Source: Candidatus Hydrogenedentota bacterium (GTDB taxonomy: Bacteria > Hydrogenedentota > Hydrogenedentia > Hydrogenedentales > SLHB01). From it: a stretch of 64,000 nucleotides of DNA. The position numbers were made by a program, and so were the translations under genes. The notes under the pieces are model-generated. The model saw only the letters and a list, made by a program, of their open reading frames with translations. It made no database searches and had not been told where the DNA came from. Location: NCBI GenBank assembly GCA_963745075.1, contig CAVUWV010000024.1, forward strand, positions 416,001-480,000, given 5' to 3'. Shown here one piece after another: positions 63,558-64,000 of this stretch; position 1 is the first letter of the stretch, and the number at the start of each line of letters is the position of its first letter.

Positions 63558-64000
63558 TGATCGCCTTCGCCGTGTAGCTCTTCCAACTGTGCACGATTCC
63601 GGACCAAGTCATACCCGGTCATGGGTCGAAACAGGACATGGACATGATTCGGCATCACGACGAAAGCACCGAGCACGTAGCGGTTCCCATGAAAATAGCG
63701 CAAGGCCCCGGCGACGACTTCCGCGCAGTCCGGCCGCCGCAACACGCAGGAGCCGTAGCCCGCGTCCAGCCATTCATTCAAACGTGCGCGGCGCCGGGCG
63801 CGATACGCCTTCTTGGTCACGTCATCCCAAGGTTCCGGATGCCGAGCCAGCCACGCATTGCGTTCGGCTTGCCACTGGGCGAGCTTGGATTGCGGCAACG
63901 AATCCGCCAACCGCCAGGTCACGAATTGCCAGACTCCGTCCTGCTGCCAATGGGGAAGATTTCGCTCATGCCGGGCAATCTCCCCAGCCGGATTCAGAAA
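63558..64000 (-). pseudogene. REP-associated tyrosine transposase (RAYT), 3'-truncated; start outside the window
   Basis: RNLPHW, FVTWRLADSLP, VVMPNHVH (HUH), then SWKSYTAKAI abutting the IS481-type end. Confidence 0.85.

Larger units (their letters stand above)
62009..63560. mobile_element. Segment bounded by IS481-type inverted ends (no intact transposase)
   Basis: TCAGGACATAGGTAACACTTGAGTGTC at 62009 is the exact reverse complement of 63534-63560; tandem AAGTGTTACCYATGTCCTGA at the right end. Confidence 0.7.

Overview
GC-rich bacterial chromosomal window. It looks like a diderm polysaccharide degrader; a PVC/Hydrogenedentota-like origin is only an inference from gene content. Housekeeping blocks: lpxK-dprA, trpDCFBA-pilD-aroC-MBL hydrolase-manA, ECF sigma/anti-sigma, an HtrA-like protease plus a catalytically dead paralog, sialidase, SDR-folB-folK-folE, and sulfite reductase-cysH. 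These are mixed with CAZymes, a sulfatase, HicAB, an intact ISAs1 with TSD, a MITE, an IS481 remnant and a truncated RAYT. About ten genes, including normally essential lpxK, are split by small indels, which points to long-read errors. The most unusual region is 32.6-40.1 kb: an orphan terminase large subunit and a divergent HGGxSTG-type gene, with no portal or capsid, flank an FRG gene in a G-skewed field of many repeat families. Miniature copies of the HGGxSTG locus (same upstream box, similar first codons and a conserved ~42-bp GGGTGCACCC...TTTTGACG...CAAGGGGGTGT site) recur at 61.6-62.0 kb. At both sites the + strand flips from C-rich to G-rich near the same REP. A candidate sRNA locus lies at 22.8-23.1 kb.
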